The notes under the pieces were generated by a model. That model had not been told where the DNA came from and made no database searches. It worked only from the letters and a program-made list of their open reading frames with translations. The translations under genes were made by a program, and so were the position numbers. DNA of 64,000 bases from Candidatus Omnitrophota bacterium (GTDB taxonomy: Bacteria; Omnitrophota; Gorgyraeia; B26-G9), in assembly GCA_043805415.1 (NCBI GenBank), contig JAZDHZ010000002.1, forward strand, positions 15,773-79,772, in the 5' to 3' direction. How positions within the stretch are numbered: position 1 is the stretch's first letter; every line of letters begins with the position of its first letter. Positions 40,786 through 50,764 of this stretch are shown here, one piece after another.

Positions 40786-41263
40786 AGCATCATTAAAAGT
40801 AATCATTGAGGGGTTAGGGTTAAAAGCTAGAAATTTTGTTTTAAAAGAGCAAAGAAAATTTCTAATAATCCTGATTGTGTTTTTTTTGTATTTTTTTGTT
40901 GTGGTCATGTATCAGGTTTCTTCAAAAGTTCCGGTTAAACAAGCAGCGCCAAAACAGATCAGCCAATTATGTTTACTTGAGTTCATAAACGGGTGGAGAG
41001 ATTATCAGCAGAATTTTGATATCAAAGATATGCGTTTTGGTGAGAAATTTCTCTCATTCACTATAAATTTAAAATTAAAAACAAAATCAATCCTAATTGT
41101 TAAAAAACTGGCTATGGAAATGATCTTAGGCCTTGAAGAAGAATATCCTGAGCTTGAGAGTATAAATATCAGAGTGATCTGCTATCAGGACTTAGACAAG
41201 ATAGTTTATGGAACTGCTGTCTATAATCGGGACATGGATGAGGTTACCTGGACATATAAATAA
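40769..41263 (+). CDS. hypothetical single-TM membrane protein
   Basis: TM FLIILIVFFLYFFVVVMY; no recognisable motif. Confidence 0.4.
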   Translation: MNGKHKASLKVIIEGLGLKARNFVLKEQRKFLIILIVFFLYFFVVVMYQVSSKVPVKQAAPKQISQLCLLEFINGWRDYQQNFDIKDMRFGEKFLSFTINLKLKTKSILIVKKLAMEMILGLEEEYPELESINIRVICYQDLDKIVYGTAVYNRDMDEVTWTYK

Positions 41264-41300
41264 ACCGCGGATAAAGTCAATTTTCTAAATGAGTTTGAAT

Positions 41301-42608
41301 ATGAATAAAGCGATTAAAAAAACCTGTGCGTTTTATACATTTGGCTGTAAAGTAAATCAGTATGAAACACAATTTATCCGGGAACAGTTTTTAAAACAAG
41401 GTTTTGTGGAAACAAAAGAAAAACCTGCCTATTATATTGTCAATGGATGTACAGTTACTTCAGCGGCGGATCGTAAATGCCGCTACCTGCTCAGATCTTT
41501 GCATAAAAAAAATCCTCAGGCAAAAATAATTATTACCGGCTGCTTTGCTAAAAATAATCCGAATATTAAAAAACAGAATATGGGGATTAGTCAGGTGATT
41601 GAACCGGGGCAAAAATCAATGCTCATTGATATTGCGCAAAACAATATCAATGACCGGATTATTGATCCTTTAGCCAAAGACAAAAAATTGAATAGCCTGC
41701 GAAAAGAAATGATTACGGATTTTCAGGCGCACAGCCGGGCTTTTGTAAAAGTTCAGGACGGCTGTGATAATTTCTGCAGTTATTGTATTGTTCCTTATAT
41801 GCGCGGTTTGCCGATGAGCCGGGCAATAAAAGTTATAATAAAAGAAGTTACTGGTTTAGTAAACAAAGGGTTTAAAGAAATTGTGCTTACCGGAATCAAT
41901 CTGGGAATGTGGGGCTCGGAATCTGGCAAAGTAAATGGTAAATTGCCGGAGCTGATAAACCAATTGGTAAAAATAAAACAATTAAAGCGCTTAAGGTTAA
42001 GTTCAGTGGAATTCGCACATGTCGATGATTTGCTTATCGAACAATTTAAAAAATCCAAAAAGATCTGCGCGCATTTACATATTCCGCTGCAAAGCGGTGA
42101 CGATGATATCCTGAAAAAAATGAACCGGCGCTATAACCGGGTTTTGTTTTTAAACCGGATAAACCAAATAAAACAAGCTATTCCGCGGATCTGTTTTACC
42201 ACGGATATAATGGTTGGCTTTCCCGGAGAAACTGAGGAAAACCTTAATAATACCATTGATATTGTAAAAAAGGCCGGGTTTTTAAAAGTGCATATTTTTC
42301 CTTTTAGTCCAAGACCCGGCACACCAGCAGCTAGAATGCCGGAACAGATTGATAAGAAAATTAAAGACAAATATAAGAAAAATCTCGCAGAGATTTCTAA
42401 ACAGACAAGCTTTGAAGTCAGAAAAAAATTACTTAATACAAAACTAATAGTGCTTTTTGAAGAGTTGTCCAAAGATGGTTATTGGATGGGATATTCTGAT
42501 AATTATGTGCAAATAAAGCTGAAATCTGCTCAAAATCTGAAAAATTTGATATTGCCAATAAAAATAAGCCGGGTGACGGCTGATGATACTATTGGGATTC
42601 TGGCATAA
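41301..42608 (+). CDS. mtaB: tRNA methylthiotransferase MtaB
   Basis: FYTFGCKVNQYE; radical SAM CDNFCSYC; TRAM. Confidence 0.85.
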   Translation: MNKAIKKTCAFYTFGCKVNQYETQFIREQFLKQGFVETKEKPAYYIVNGCTVTSAADRKCRYLLRSLHKKNPQAKIIITGCFAKNNPNIKKQNMGISQVIEPGQKSMLIDIAQNNINDRIIDPLAKDKKLNSLRKEMITDFQAHSRAFVKVQDGCDNFCSYCIVPYMRGLPMSRAIKVIIKEVTGLVNKGFKEIVLTGINLGMWGSESGKVNGKLPELINQLVKIKQLKRLRLSSVEFAHVDDLLIEQFKKSKKICAHLHIPLQSGDDDILKKMNRRYNRVLFLNRINQIKQAIPRICFTTDIMVGFPGETEENLNNTIDIVKKAGFLKVHIFPFSPRPGTPAARMPEQIDKKIKDKYKKNLAEISKQTSFEVRKKLLNTKLIVLFEELSKDGYWMGYSDNYVQIKLKSAQNLKNLILPIKISRVTADDTIGILA

Positions 42609-42693
42609 TAAACTAATGAAATACTCGAAAAACGCTTTAAATCCTGCTGAATATTAGATCTAACATGTTTGCCAACACATACTTAAATATGTC

Positions 42694-42722
42694 TTGAATA
42701 GATTTTGAATATATGCTAGACT
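42694..42722 (+). promoter_or_regulatory. putative sigma70-like promoter (TTGAAT - 17 nt - TAGACT) for pilMNOPQ
   Basis: Located in the 170-bp gap before pilM. Confidence 0.3.
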
Positions 42723-42781
42723 AAATGCATAATAAAAAATTAAAAAGCTGCTTTTTAAAGGACTTGAGTTAGTTTAAGACC

Positions 42782-43822
42782 ATGGAACAAATAAAAAATT
42801 TATTAAATAAATTTATCAAGCAAAAGCCTAAATTTGAAGTGGGACTTGATATCGGCAATTCTAGTGTTAAAGTTGTGCAATTGCTATCAAAGTCTAATAG
42901 CAAACTAAGAGAACTTGTTAGTTTTGATGTTCAGAAATTTAATGGCACGGGTAATGATGCGATTGCTGAGGCAATCAAAAAAGCTTTGAAAAATGCCAAT
43001 ATCACAGCTACCTCGGTCAATACTTCAGTTTCCGGACAAGCGGTTATTGTGCGGTATATTCAAATGCCAAAAATGTCCAAAGAAGATCTGGATAAAGCGC
43101 TTAAACTGGGAATTGGTAAATATATTCCTTTTGGCGTTGATGAAGTAAATTGCGATTCGCAGATTCTTGATGATTCTGACAAGAAATCCAAGATGATGAA
43201 GGTATTGCTGGTTGCGGTTAAAAAAGATATTGTCAAAGAGAGAATGACTATCCTGTCTAAAGCAGGGCTGACGGCTAATATTATTGATGTTGATTCTTTT
43301 GCGATTGTTAATTCATTTCAATTAGTCAGCCAAGAAAATATGGGGATTATCGCGGTTTTAGATATCGGCGCTGAAATTTCCAGTACAACTATTCTAAAGG
43401 ATAATGTGCCGCATTTTAATCGCGATGTGCCAATTGGCGGTAATAATTTTACCAAGGCAATAATTGAAGAATTTGAAATGACGGTTGAAGAGGCGGAAGA
43501 GCTTAAACATAATCCCCAAACTCGCTATGGAGATTTAATTACCGCCATTCGTCCGGTTATTGACGCGCTTGCTGATGAGATGCACTTGTCGTTTAATTAT
43601 TGTGAAAGCCAGCTGGGCGGGTCAGTACAGAAAATTTTCCTTACTGGCGGTACGGCAAAATTCAAAGGAATCGGTAAAGTCCTAAGTGGGATTTTAGGAG
43701 TTGATGTGGAAATTTGGGATCCGACGAGAATTTTGCTGGTTAATGAGTCTTTGCCCAGAGACAAACTGGTAGAAACCGGGCCGCTTTTGACTGTTGCCGT
43801 GGGTTTGGCTTTAAGAGGATAG
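42782..43822 (+). CDS. pilM: type IV pilus assembly protein PilM
   Basis: Actin-like VGLDIGNSSVKVVQL. Confidence 0.9.
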   Translation: MEQIKNLLNKFIKQKPKFEVGLDIGNSSVKVVQLLSKSNSKLRELVSFDVQKFNGTGNDAIAEAIKKALKNANITATSVNTSVSGQAVIVRYIQMPKMSKEDLDKALKLGIGKYIPFGVDEVNCDSQILDDSDKKSKMMKVLLVAVKKDIVKERMTILSKAGLTANIIDVDSFAIVNSFQLVSQENMGIIAVLDIGAEISSTTILKDNVPHFNRDVPIGGNNFTKAIIEEFEMTVEEAEELKHNPQTRYGDLITAIRPVIDALADEMHLSFNYCESQLGGSVQKIFLTGGTAKFKGIGKVLSGILGVDVEIWDPTRILLVNESLPRDKLVETGPLLTVAVGLALRG

Positions 43823-43825
43823 GTT

Positions 43826-44449
43826 ATGATAGAAATTAATTTACTCCCTTCAGAATATAAAACTCAAAGAAAAGCAAAAGCAAAAAATGTGCCGGTAAAT
43901 TTAATCCTTATCAGTACTAATGCTCTGCTGACTGCGGTTTTATTAATTGTTACGGGTATGAATCTTTCGCGAACTGTTACCTTAAGCGCTTTAAATACGA
44001 GACTGGAAGGTTTGGCGCCTGAACAGCAAAAGATAATTGCTTTACAGCGGAGAATGCAAAGTTTAAAATCAACTAACGCGATGTTTAGTCCTTTAGTGGA
44101 TAATCGGTTTTTATGGGCAAAAAAACTTTATTATTTAGATGCTGCGATGCTTCCGGGAATATGGCTGAGAAGTCTTTCTTTGGAAAAAAAAATAATTAAT
44201 ACAATGCTTGATCCGAGTTATCCCGGCAATTCAGTAAATCATTTAAAAATTGGCGCAACTGTGGTTTCAATTTCGCATGATGAAATGGGAACTGTCGGCA
44301 AATTAATCAGAAAACTAAAAACAAGTGATGAATTTTTTAAGGATTTCAGCAATATCGAGTTAGAAGGAGTTGTTAGCCGGAGTATTGGTTCTGTGGAAGT
44401 CATGGATTTTACTTTACTTTGTTTGTTTAAACCGGAAATTAACTTATGA
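43826..44449 (+). CDS. pilN: PilN
   Basis: MIEINLLPSEYK + TM. Confidence 0.8.
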   Translation: MIEINLLPSEYKTQRKAKAKNVPVNLILISTNALLTAVLLIVTGMNLSRTVTLSALNTRLEGLAPEQQKIIALQRRMQSLKSTNAMFSPLVDNRFLWAKKLYYLDAAMLPGIWLRSLSLEKKIINTMLDPSYPGNSVNHLKIGATVVSISHDEMGTVGKLIRKLKTSDEFFKDFSNIELEGVVSRSIGSVEVMDFTLLCLFKPEINL

Positions 44450-45009
44450 GTTTAGATCTTTCTTTTTTTAAAAAAATAAAAATTCCAGTTTTTCAGATTG
44501 TCTTGGGTTGTATTGCTGCTGCTTGTCTTTTTTTGACAGTTCCCCAAGTAATTAATATGCAGAAAATTTCTAAAGAAGTAGCGGATAAAAGGACGATTCT
44601 TAAGGACCTTGATAGCGGGATTAAAAATTTTGCTCTTTTAGAAAAAGATGAAGCATCAATGAGTAAAGCCTATAATGATTTTTTGGCTAGTTTGCCGGCG
44701 CAAAAAGAATTTCCAATTTTTCTTGAATTAATTTCCCAGATGGCAAAAAATAATAATGTAAAGATTATTGCCATGGAACCGCAAAAAACAACAGATATTC
44801 AAAGCCTGTTTTTTGTTAAGATCCCGGTTTTTGTTGACGCGTATTGCGGTTACCATGAGTTAGGAAAGTTTATAAACGATATCGAATCCGCTGATAAATT
44901 GATGAAGATTGGTACAATTAAAATAACCAAAGATGATCCGGATTCTGAAATGTTGCAAGTTTTTCTTTTAATCCATACTTTTTGTCTAATCGAGGATGAT
45001 AGTGTCTAA
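44446..45009 (+). CDS. pilO: PilO
   Basis: TM + coiled coil; operon position. Confidence 0.75.
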   Translation: MSLDLSFFKKIKIPVFQIVLGCIAAACLFLTVPQVINMQKISKEVADKRTILKDLDSGIKNFALLEKDEASMSKAYNDFLASLPAQKEFPIFLELISQMAKNNNVKIIAMEPQKTTDIQSLFFVKIPVFVDAYCGYHELGKFINDIESADKLMKIGTIKITKDDPDSEMLQVFLLIHTFCLIEDDSV

Positions 45010-45379
45010 GCGATCACTGGTTATAATTATATTATTATTTTGTTGTCAAACCGCTAATGCTAAGAGCGCTGGGCGTGATTTTATTTATAAAGATGAGGGG
45101 ACGCGTGATCCGTTTATCGCTTTGGTAACCAGTGACGGAAGAATTCTGCCGGGCGCGCGTGAAACCACGGAATCAACTAATATTGAGCTTGAAGGTGTTA
45201 TCTGGGATCCAAACGGTAATTCATTAGCGATAATTAATGGAAAACCAGTTAAAGAGCAGCAGCGAATAATGAATTTGCAGGTTTTAAAGATAAAAAAGGA
45301 CAGTGTGCTTTTACAAAAAGAGGGGAAAGTTATTGTGGTTTATTTAAAAAAAGGAGGGGGAGATACAAATGGTGAATGA
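44996..45379 (+). CDS. PilP-like pilus assembly protein
   Basis: Signal peptide; beta-rich C-terminus; position between pilO and pilQ. Confidence 0.6.
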   Translation: MIVSKRSLVIIILLFCCQTANAKSAGRDFIYKDEGTRDPFIALVTSDGRILPGARETTESTNIELEGVIWDPNGNSLAIINGKPVKEQQRIMNLQVLKIKKDSVLLQKEGKVIVVYLKKGGGDTNGE

Positions 45380-47156
45380 TAAAACTTTAACTTTTAAGGT
45401 AAAACTAGCAGGAGTGATATTTATTCTAGTTTTGGGGGTAGGTTCTTTTATCGCCGCTAATGGAGTAAATGAAATGCAAGTCGAAGACGCGGGTGAAGGT
45501 AATATTAGTGTGGAGTTTAAAGACGCGGATATTCATGATGTATTTAGAGTTTTGGCATTAAAAGGCAATGTAAGTATAGTTTCTGATCCAGAAGTAAAAG
45601 GTTTAGTTACAGTTCAGATAACAGACATTCCCTGGGAAAAGGCTTTGGATGTTATTTGCCGTACTTATGCTTATGCTTATGAGCGTGAGGCTAATATCAT
45701 TAGAGTTACTACCTTAGATAAGCAGGGACAGGAAAATCTAGTGACTGATGTTTTTCCGCTAAATTACGCGAAAGCAGCAAGTGTTGCTACGGCGATAGCG
45801 GAAATGCGCTCAGACAGAGGGAAAATTAAAGCGGATGACCGGGCAAATCTTATAATTGTTACTGATATTCCAACCAATATTTATAAGATTGCTCAGGTAA
45901 TTAAAAGACTTGATTCCATCACCCCGCAAGTTACCATAGAAGCTAAGATTGTGGAAACTAATATGACTAATAGTGAGGATTTAGGAATTAAATGGAATGC
46001 TGCATATAGTGCGGGCATGTCCAGCCGTCCAACTACTTTTCCCTGGCCTGCCAATAGTGCTGGGAAAGTATATGATAGTTATTTACCTTTAGGCGACGAT
46101 GCAGCGACCTTTCATTCCGGAGCGGCTGTACCCTCATTTCCTTTAGCGGAAGCAACAAGTTTTTCTTATGGGATTTTAGATGGAAGTGCTTTCAATGTTT
46201 TGCTTGAAGCTATTCAGAGCAAAGGAAAAACCAAAATACTTTCTAATCCAAGAATCACAACACTGGATAATGAACCGGCGGAAATTCATGTGGGAACAGA
46301 CTGGCCGATTGCTAATTATACATATAATGAGCAAACCGATAGATTTGTTATCAGCGGATGGGAATATAAAAGTTACGGGATTTTGCTAAAAGTTACCCCG
46401 ACGATTAATCAGAATGGTTATGTTACTTTAAAATTGCATCCAGAGATTAGCGATAAACAAGAAGAAATTGATTTTCAGGGTGCGCGCGTACCGGTACTAA
46501 CCACGCAATCAACTGATTGTACAGTAATGATTAAAGACGGAAATACTCTGGTTATTGGCGGATTGATAAAAGATAAAGTTGTTACAACTAAAACAAAAGT
46601 TCCGTTATTAGGAGATATTCCTTTACTCGGAATATTATTTACGCATAAATCAGAAGAAATTATAAAGAATGATTTATTGATTTTCATTACTCCGCATATT
46701 ATCAAAGAGGAAAATTTAGCTAAGCGTCAGCAGATAACCCAGGCTTTAGATGTTCAGAGACTGGTTAATCTAGCGCCTAATTCAGAAGAGAATTTACTCG
46801 TGGCTACAAGTGATAAAGATAAAAAAGATAGCTTTATCCAAGGGGAAATGTTTGTCGATCAGACTCAGACTGATTCTGTTTCAGCAGTTGAGCCGGCAAT
46901 GGAAATGCCTAAATCAGCAGCCAGTGCTAAAGAAGATATAATGGTGATTGATGAACAAGAATTTAGTCCGGAAGCGGCAACAACTCAGGTAAATAAGTCT
47001 TCTTTGCCTGAGGCAAAGCCTGTTGCCATCACCCCGCAACCCAAAAAACAAGCTCAGGTAAAGACTCTGGTTGAGCCAAAACCAGCAAAAGAAAAAGTTG
47101 GGGAAGAAAACACGGAAAAAAAAGACGGCAATAAAGGCGTTATTTTTAAAAAATAG
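45369..47156 (+). CDS. pilQ: type IV pilus secretin PilQ with a low-complexity C-terminal tail
   Basis: Secretin N domains; secretin core ...VPLLGDIPLLGILF...; ~150-aa K/P/E/T-rich tail. Confidence 0.85.
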   Translation: MVNDKTLTFKVKLAGVIFILVLGVGSFIAANGVNEMQVEDAGEGNISVEFKDADIHDVFRVLALKGNVSIVSDPEVKGLVTVQITDIPWEKALDVICRTYAYAYEREANIIRVTTLDKQGQENLVTDVFPLNYAKAASVATAIAEMRSDRGKIKADDRANLIIVTDIPTNIYKIAQVIKRLDSITPQVTIEAKIVETNMTNSEDLGIKWNAAYSAGMSSRPTTFPWPANSAGKVYDSYLPLGDDAATFHSGAAVPSFPLAEATSFSYGILDGSAFNVLLEAIQSKGKTKILSNPRITTLDNEPAEIHVGTDWPIANYTYNEQTDRFVISGWEYKSYGILLKVTPTINQNGYVTLKLHPEISDKQEEIDFQGARVPVLTTQSTDCTVMIKDGNTLVIGGLIKDKVVTTKTKVPLLGDIPLLGILFTHKSEEIIKNDLLIFITPHIIKEENLAKRQQITQALDVQRLVNLAPNSEENLLVATSDKDKKDSFIQGEMFVDQTQTDSVSAVEPAMEMPKSAASAKEDIMVIDEQEFSPEAATTQVNKSSLPEAKPVAITPQPKKQAQVKTLVEPKPAKEKVGEENTEKKDGNKGVIFKK

Positions 47157-47182
47157 TAATTGACGTTTGCTGCTTAGGTGAA

Positions 47183-47240
47183 GACAAAAACAAAGACAGA
47201 AGACTCCTAAGTTGGTCTTAAGTCCTTGTTTTTGTCTTTT
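47183..47240 (+). terminator. Terminator after pilQ (long imperfect hairpin GACAAAAACAA...TTGTTTTTGTC + TTTT)
   Basis: Inverted repeat with an inner sub-hairpin and a T-tract. Confidence 0.5.
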
Positions 47241-47252
47241 AAAAGGTTATAA

Positions 47253-47558
47253 ATGCAGGTAACAAAAATAAATATTAGTTTTAGCAAAAAAGGAATGATC
47301 CGGTATATTTCACATCTTGATTTTATACGATTGATTTACCGCGCGCTCAGGCGTGCTGATCTGCCTTTTATGCTAAGCGAAGGGTTTAACCCGCGGCCAA
47401 AAATTAACTTTGGACAAGCTTTGAAGCTTGGAGTTGAGGGAGTTATGGATATTGTGTTTTTTTTAAAAACACAAGTAGCGCTTGAGGAATTTAAACAAAG
47501 AATTGAACAGCAGTTAACTAAAGATATAAGGATACTGGGAATTAGTTATGGAAAGTAA
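47253..47558 (+). CDS. short DUF2344 ('radical SAM-linked', TIGR03936-like) protein
   Basis: FSKKGMIRYISHLDFIRLIYRALRRADLPF...GFNPRPKINFG; overlaps the rng start. Confidence 0.6.
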   Translation: MQVTKINISFSKKGMIRYISHLDFIRLIYRALRRADLPFMLSEGFNPRPKINFGQALKLGVEGVMDIVFFLKTQVALEEFKQRIEQQLTKDIRILGISYGK

Positions 47559-49056
47559 AGAAATTTTAATTAGTGTTGATGAACAGGAAAAGCGAGTAGC
47601 TATTCTTGAAGACAATAAACTTGAAGAATTTTTCTTGGAAAGAACAGCTATTCAGCATCTGGCAGGAAATATTTATAAAGGCCGGGTCGCGCAAATAGTT
47701 AAAGGTATGGAAGCTGCTTTTGTTGATATTGGTCTGGGCAAAAACGGTTTCCTGTATGTACAGGAATTACTCCCTGAAAAACCGGATGAATATTCTGTTG
47801 AGATTGAAGAAAGCATTGTTGTTGTTGAGACAGCGGCTCCTAAGGTTAATGAAGAAAGAGTTAGAATTGAGAATTTGCTGAGCAAAGGACAAGAAGTATT
47901 AGTTCAGGTTGTTAAGGAACCTTTTGGCACAAAAGGCTGTAGATTAACCAGCCATATAAGTTTACCGGGACGGTTTCTGGTGCTTATGCCTTATAGTAAA
48001 AATATTGGTATTTCTAAGAAAGTAACCAATGAAAAAGAACGGGCAAGGCTTAAGCAGCTATTAAAAGATATCGGATTACCAAAGGAAATGGGATGTATTG
48101 TCCGTACTCAGGCAGTAGGCATGGGCAAGGATGAATTTAAAAGAGAGTTAAAATATTTATTAAGGCTGTGGAATACAATTCAAACCAAGTCAGCTAAAAG
48201 CAAAGCGCCGGCTTTAATTCATGAAGAATATGATATTGTTTTAAGGATTGCTCGAGACATTTTCAGCGATGATGCTAAAAGCCTGATTATTGATAGCAAG
48301 GATGACTATAAACGGGTGATGAGTTTTATCAAAGCATTGGCTCCGCAATTGCGTAATCGGATAAAATTGCATAAAGACAAAATGCATTTATTTGAAAAAT
48401 TTGATGTTGAACATCAAATCGATCAAATCTATGACCAGAAGATTCCTTTGAAAAAAGGGGGATATATTGTTATTGAGCGGACTGAGGCTTTGGTCTCAAT
48501 TGATGTGAACAGCGGCAGCTTTGTTAACCGGGGAAGACTTGAGGAAACAGCATTTTTAACTAATCTGGAAGCTGCCAAAGAAATTGCCCGGCAGGCAATG
48601 CTTAAAGATTTAGCCGGGATTATTGTTATTGATTTTATTGATATGCAAAAGAACGCGCACCAAAAGAAAATATTGCAGGTTTTGACAAAAGCTTTGGAAA
48701 AAGATAAGGCGCGATCAACAATTTATCCCTTTTCTCCTTTAGGTCTAGTCCAAATCGCTCGGCAGAGAATTCGCAAAAACATTGAAAGCGTAATCTTTCA
48801 AAAATGTGCTGCCTGTGAGGGGACTGGACGGATAAAATCAACGCAATCTGTTGCAATCAAAGTGCTAAGGCAAATTAAAAACCATCTTAAAACTCATAAA
48901 AAGCGCTATCTTGAAGTAAAAGTAAATCCCAAGATAGCATTGCGTTTTTTAAATGAAGATCGAGTCGCGATTATCAATATGGAAAAGAGATTATGGGTAA
49001 AAATCGCTGTATTTACCGATGAACAATTAGGTATTGAAGATGTATTATTTTTATGA
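47548..49056 (+). CDS. rng: ribonuclease G/E catalytic-domain protein
   Basis: S1 subdomain; DNase-I-like region; zinc-link CAACEGTG. Confidence 0.85.
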   Translation: MESKEILISVDEQEKRVAILEDNKLEEFFLERTAIQHLAGNIYKGRVAQIVKGMEAAFVDIGLGKNGFLYVQELLPEKPDEYSVEIEESIVVVETAAPKVNEERVRIENLLSKGQEVLVQVVKEPFGTKGCRLTSHISLPGRFLVLMPYSKNIGISKKVTNEKERARLKQLLKDIGLPKEMGCIVRTQAVGMGKDEFKRELKYLLRLWNTIQTKSAKSKAPALIHEEYDIVLRIARDIFSDDAKSLIIDSKDDYKRVMSFIKALAPQLRNRIKLHKDKMHLFEKFDVEHQIDQIYDQKIPLKKGGYIVIERTEALVSIDVNSGSFVNRGRLEETAFLTNLEAAKEIARQAMLKDLAGIIVIDFIDMQKNAHQKKILQVLTKALEKDKARSTIYPFSPLGLVQIARQRIRKNIESVIFQKCAACEGTGRIKSTQSVAIKVLRQIKNHLKTHKKRYLEVKVNPKIALRFLNEDRVAIINMEKRLWVKIAVFTDEQLGIEDVLFL

Positions 49057-49119
49057 TATACTCATTTGTTGTTTTAAAAATTGAGAAAACTAAAATTAAG
49101 CAATTTGGAGGTGGACAAA

Positions 49120-49431
49120 GTGTACGCAATATTAGAAATTGGCGGTAAGCAGTATAAAGTTGCCCAAGACGATATTATTGAAGTTAACAAAATCGAGCAA
49201 GATGATAATAGCTCTGTTACTTTAGATAAAGTTATTTTGGTTGCTGATGGAGAAAACATTAAAGTAGGCCAACCTTATGTCGCAGGTGCTAATGTAGAAG
49301 CAGAAGTTTTAGCGCAGACTAAAGCTCCTAAGGTAATAATTTACAAGTATTTAAGAAGAAAAGATTCACACAAAAAGACCGGGCATCGTCAAAAGTTAAC
49401 AAAGTTATTAATTAAAAAAATCAATAATTAA
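49120..49431 (+). CDS. rplU: 50S ribosomal protein L21
   Basis: GTG start after ggagg; VYAILEIGGKQYKV. Confidence 0.9.
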   Translation: MYAILEIGGKQYKVAQDDIIEVNKIEQDDNSSVTLDKVILVADGENIKVGQPYVAGANVEAEVLAQTKAPKVIIYKYLRRKDSHKKTGHRQKLTKLLIKKINN

Positions 49432-49518
49432 CACTTCAGGTGATTTGATTGAAAAGTCAGATCTATATTGAGGATCTGATTGTAGTTAAATCATAGGGCA
49501 TTAAAGGAGATAAAAACA

Positions 49519-49761
49519 ATGAGTACGAAAAAAGGACAAGGCGCTAGCCGAAATGGTAGAGATAGTAATTCAAAACGTTTAGGTTTAAAACGTTCTGGCG
49601 GACAACCAGTTACAGCGGGTTGTATTTTAGTTAGACAGTGCGGTCAAAAAATCAAACCAGGCAAGAATGTTGGTATGGGCAGAGATTATACTTTATATGC
49701 TGAGGTTGACGGTAAAGTTTGTTTTCCTAAACCAAAAGTCATCAGTGTTGACGCAAATTAA
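49519..49761 (+). CDS. rpmA: 50S ribosomal protein L27
   Basis: [22 protein letters not shown]. Confidence 0.9.
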   Translation: MSTKKGQGASRNGRDSNSKRLGLKRSGGQPVTAGCILVRQCGQKIKPGKNVGMGRDYTLYAEVDGKVCFPKPKVISVDAN

Positions 49762-49777
49762 GATTGGTTGATGGGTC

Positions 49778-50764
49778 ATGTTTGTTGACCGAGCTAAAAT
49801 TTATGTTCAGGCTGGAGACGGTGGAAAAGGCTGTGAGAGCGAATATTACAAAAAAGGCTGGCGTCACGCTCGTAGAGATGGCGGCGATGGTGGCCATGGC
49901 GGATCAATCATAGTAAGATCTGATGTAAATATTCATACTTTGCTTGATTATCGCTATCGACAACACTTTAAGGCCCCATCAGGTAAACATGGAGGCAGCA
50001 ATAATAAAAGAGGAGCCGATGCTCCTGATTCTATTATTCTTGTGCCACCTGGAACTATTATCCGCGATGTTGATACCGGATGTTTGATTCGAGATTTAGA
50101 TAAGCCTAATGAGCAGGTTATTGTAGTCCGGGGTGGAACAGGCGGTGTCGGAAACTTTAAAAGATTCCAAGCCACTCAGGGCAGCCCTGGCGAGCAGGTT
50201 AGAATAAGTTTGGAACTGAAATTAATCGCGGATATTGGTTTAATCGGCTATCCCAATGCCGGAAAATCTTCTTTTATAAATAAAATTTCTAAGGCAAACT
50301 CAAAAGTTGCTCATTTCCCATTTACTACCTTAAGTCCAGTGCTTGGGGTTGTCAATTCAGCTTCTTCTGAATCCAGGCTGGTTGTGGCGGATATTCCTGG
50401 AATCATTAAAGACGCGCATCAAGGTAAAGGCTTGGGTATTGAATTTCTTCGTCATATTGAACGGACAAAAATATTACTGTTTGTGATTGACATGGCTGGG
50501 ATTGACGGCCGCGACCCGATTATGGATTACGCGGATCTTTTAAATGAATTGCAATCATATGATCATCTGTTGTTAAAAAGACCGCAATTAATAATTGCTA
50601 ATAAGATGGACCTAGAACAAGCAAAAGAAAATTTGACAAAGTTTAAAAAAGCAATAAGAAAAATAGTTTATCCAGTCTCTTGTTTGGAGTCACTAGGAAT
50701 CGAAAAAGTAAAAGAGGCTTTGTTTAAAAAACTGGCAAAATTTAAGAAAGAAAAAAGTGATTAA
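49778..50764 (+). CDS. obg: GTPase Obg
   Basis: Gly-rich Obg fold; G1 GYPNAGKSS. Confidence 0.9.
   Translation: MFVDRAKIYVQAGDGGKGCESEYYKKGWRHARRDGGDGGHGGSIIVRSDVNIHTLLDYRYRQHFKAPSGKHGGSNNKRGADAPDSIILVPPGTIIRDVDTGCLIRDLDKPNEQVIVVRGGTGGVGNFKRFQATQGSPGEQVRISLELKLIADIGLIGYPNAGKSSFINKISKANSKVAHFPFTTLSPVLGVVNSASSESRLVVADIPGIIKDAHQGKGLGIEFLRHIERTKILLFVIDMAGIDGRDPIMDYADLLNELQSYDHLLLKRPQLIIANKMDLEQAKENLTKFKKAIRKIVYPVSCLESLGIEKVKEALFKKLAKFKKEKSD

Noticed and set aside
46180-46389. 69-aa plus-strand ORF
   Set aside because: It is an alternative frame inside pilQ.
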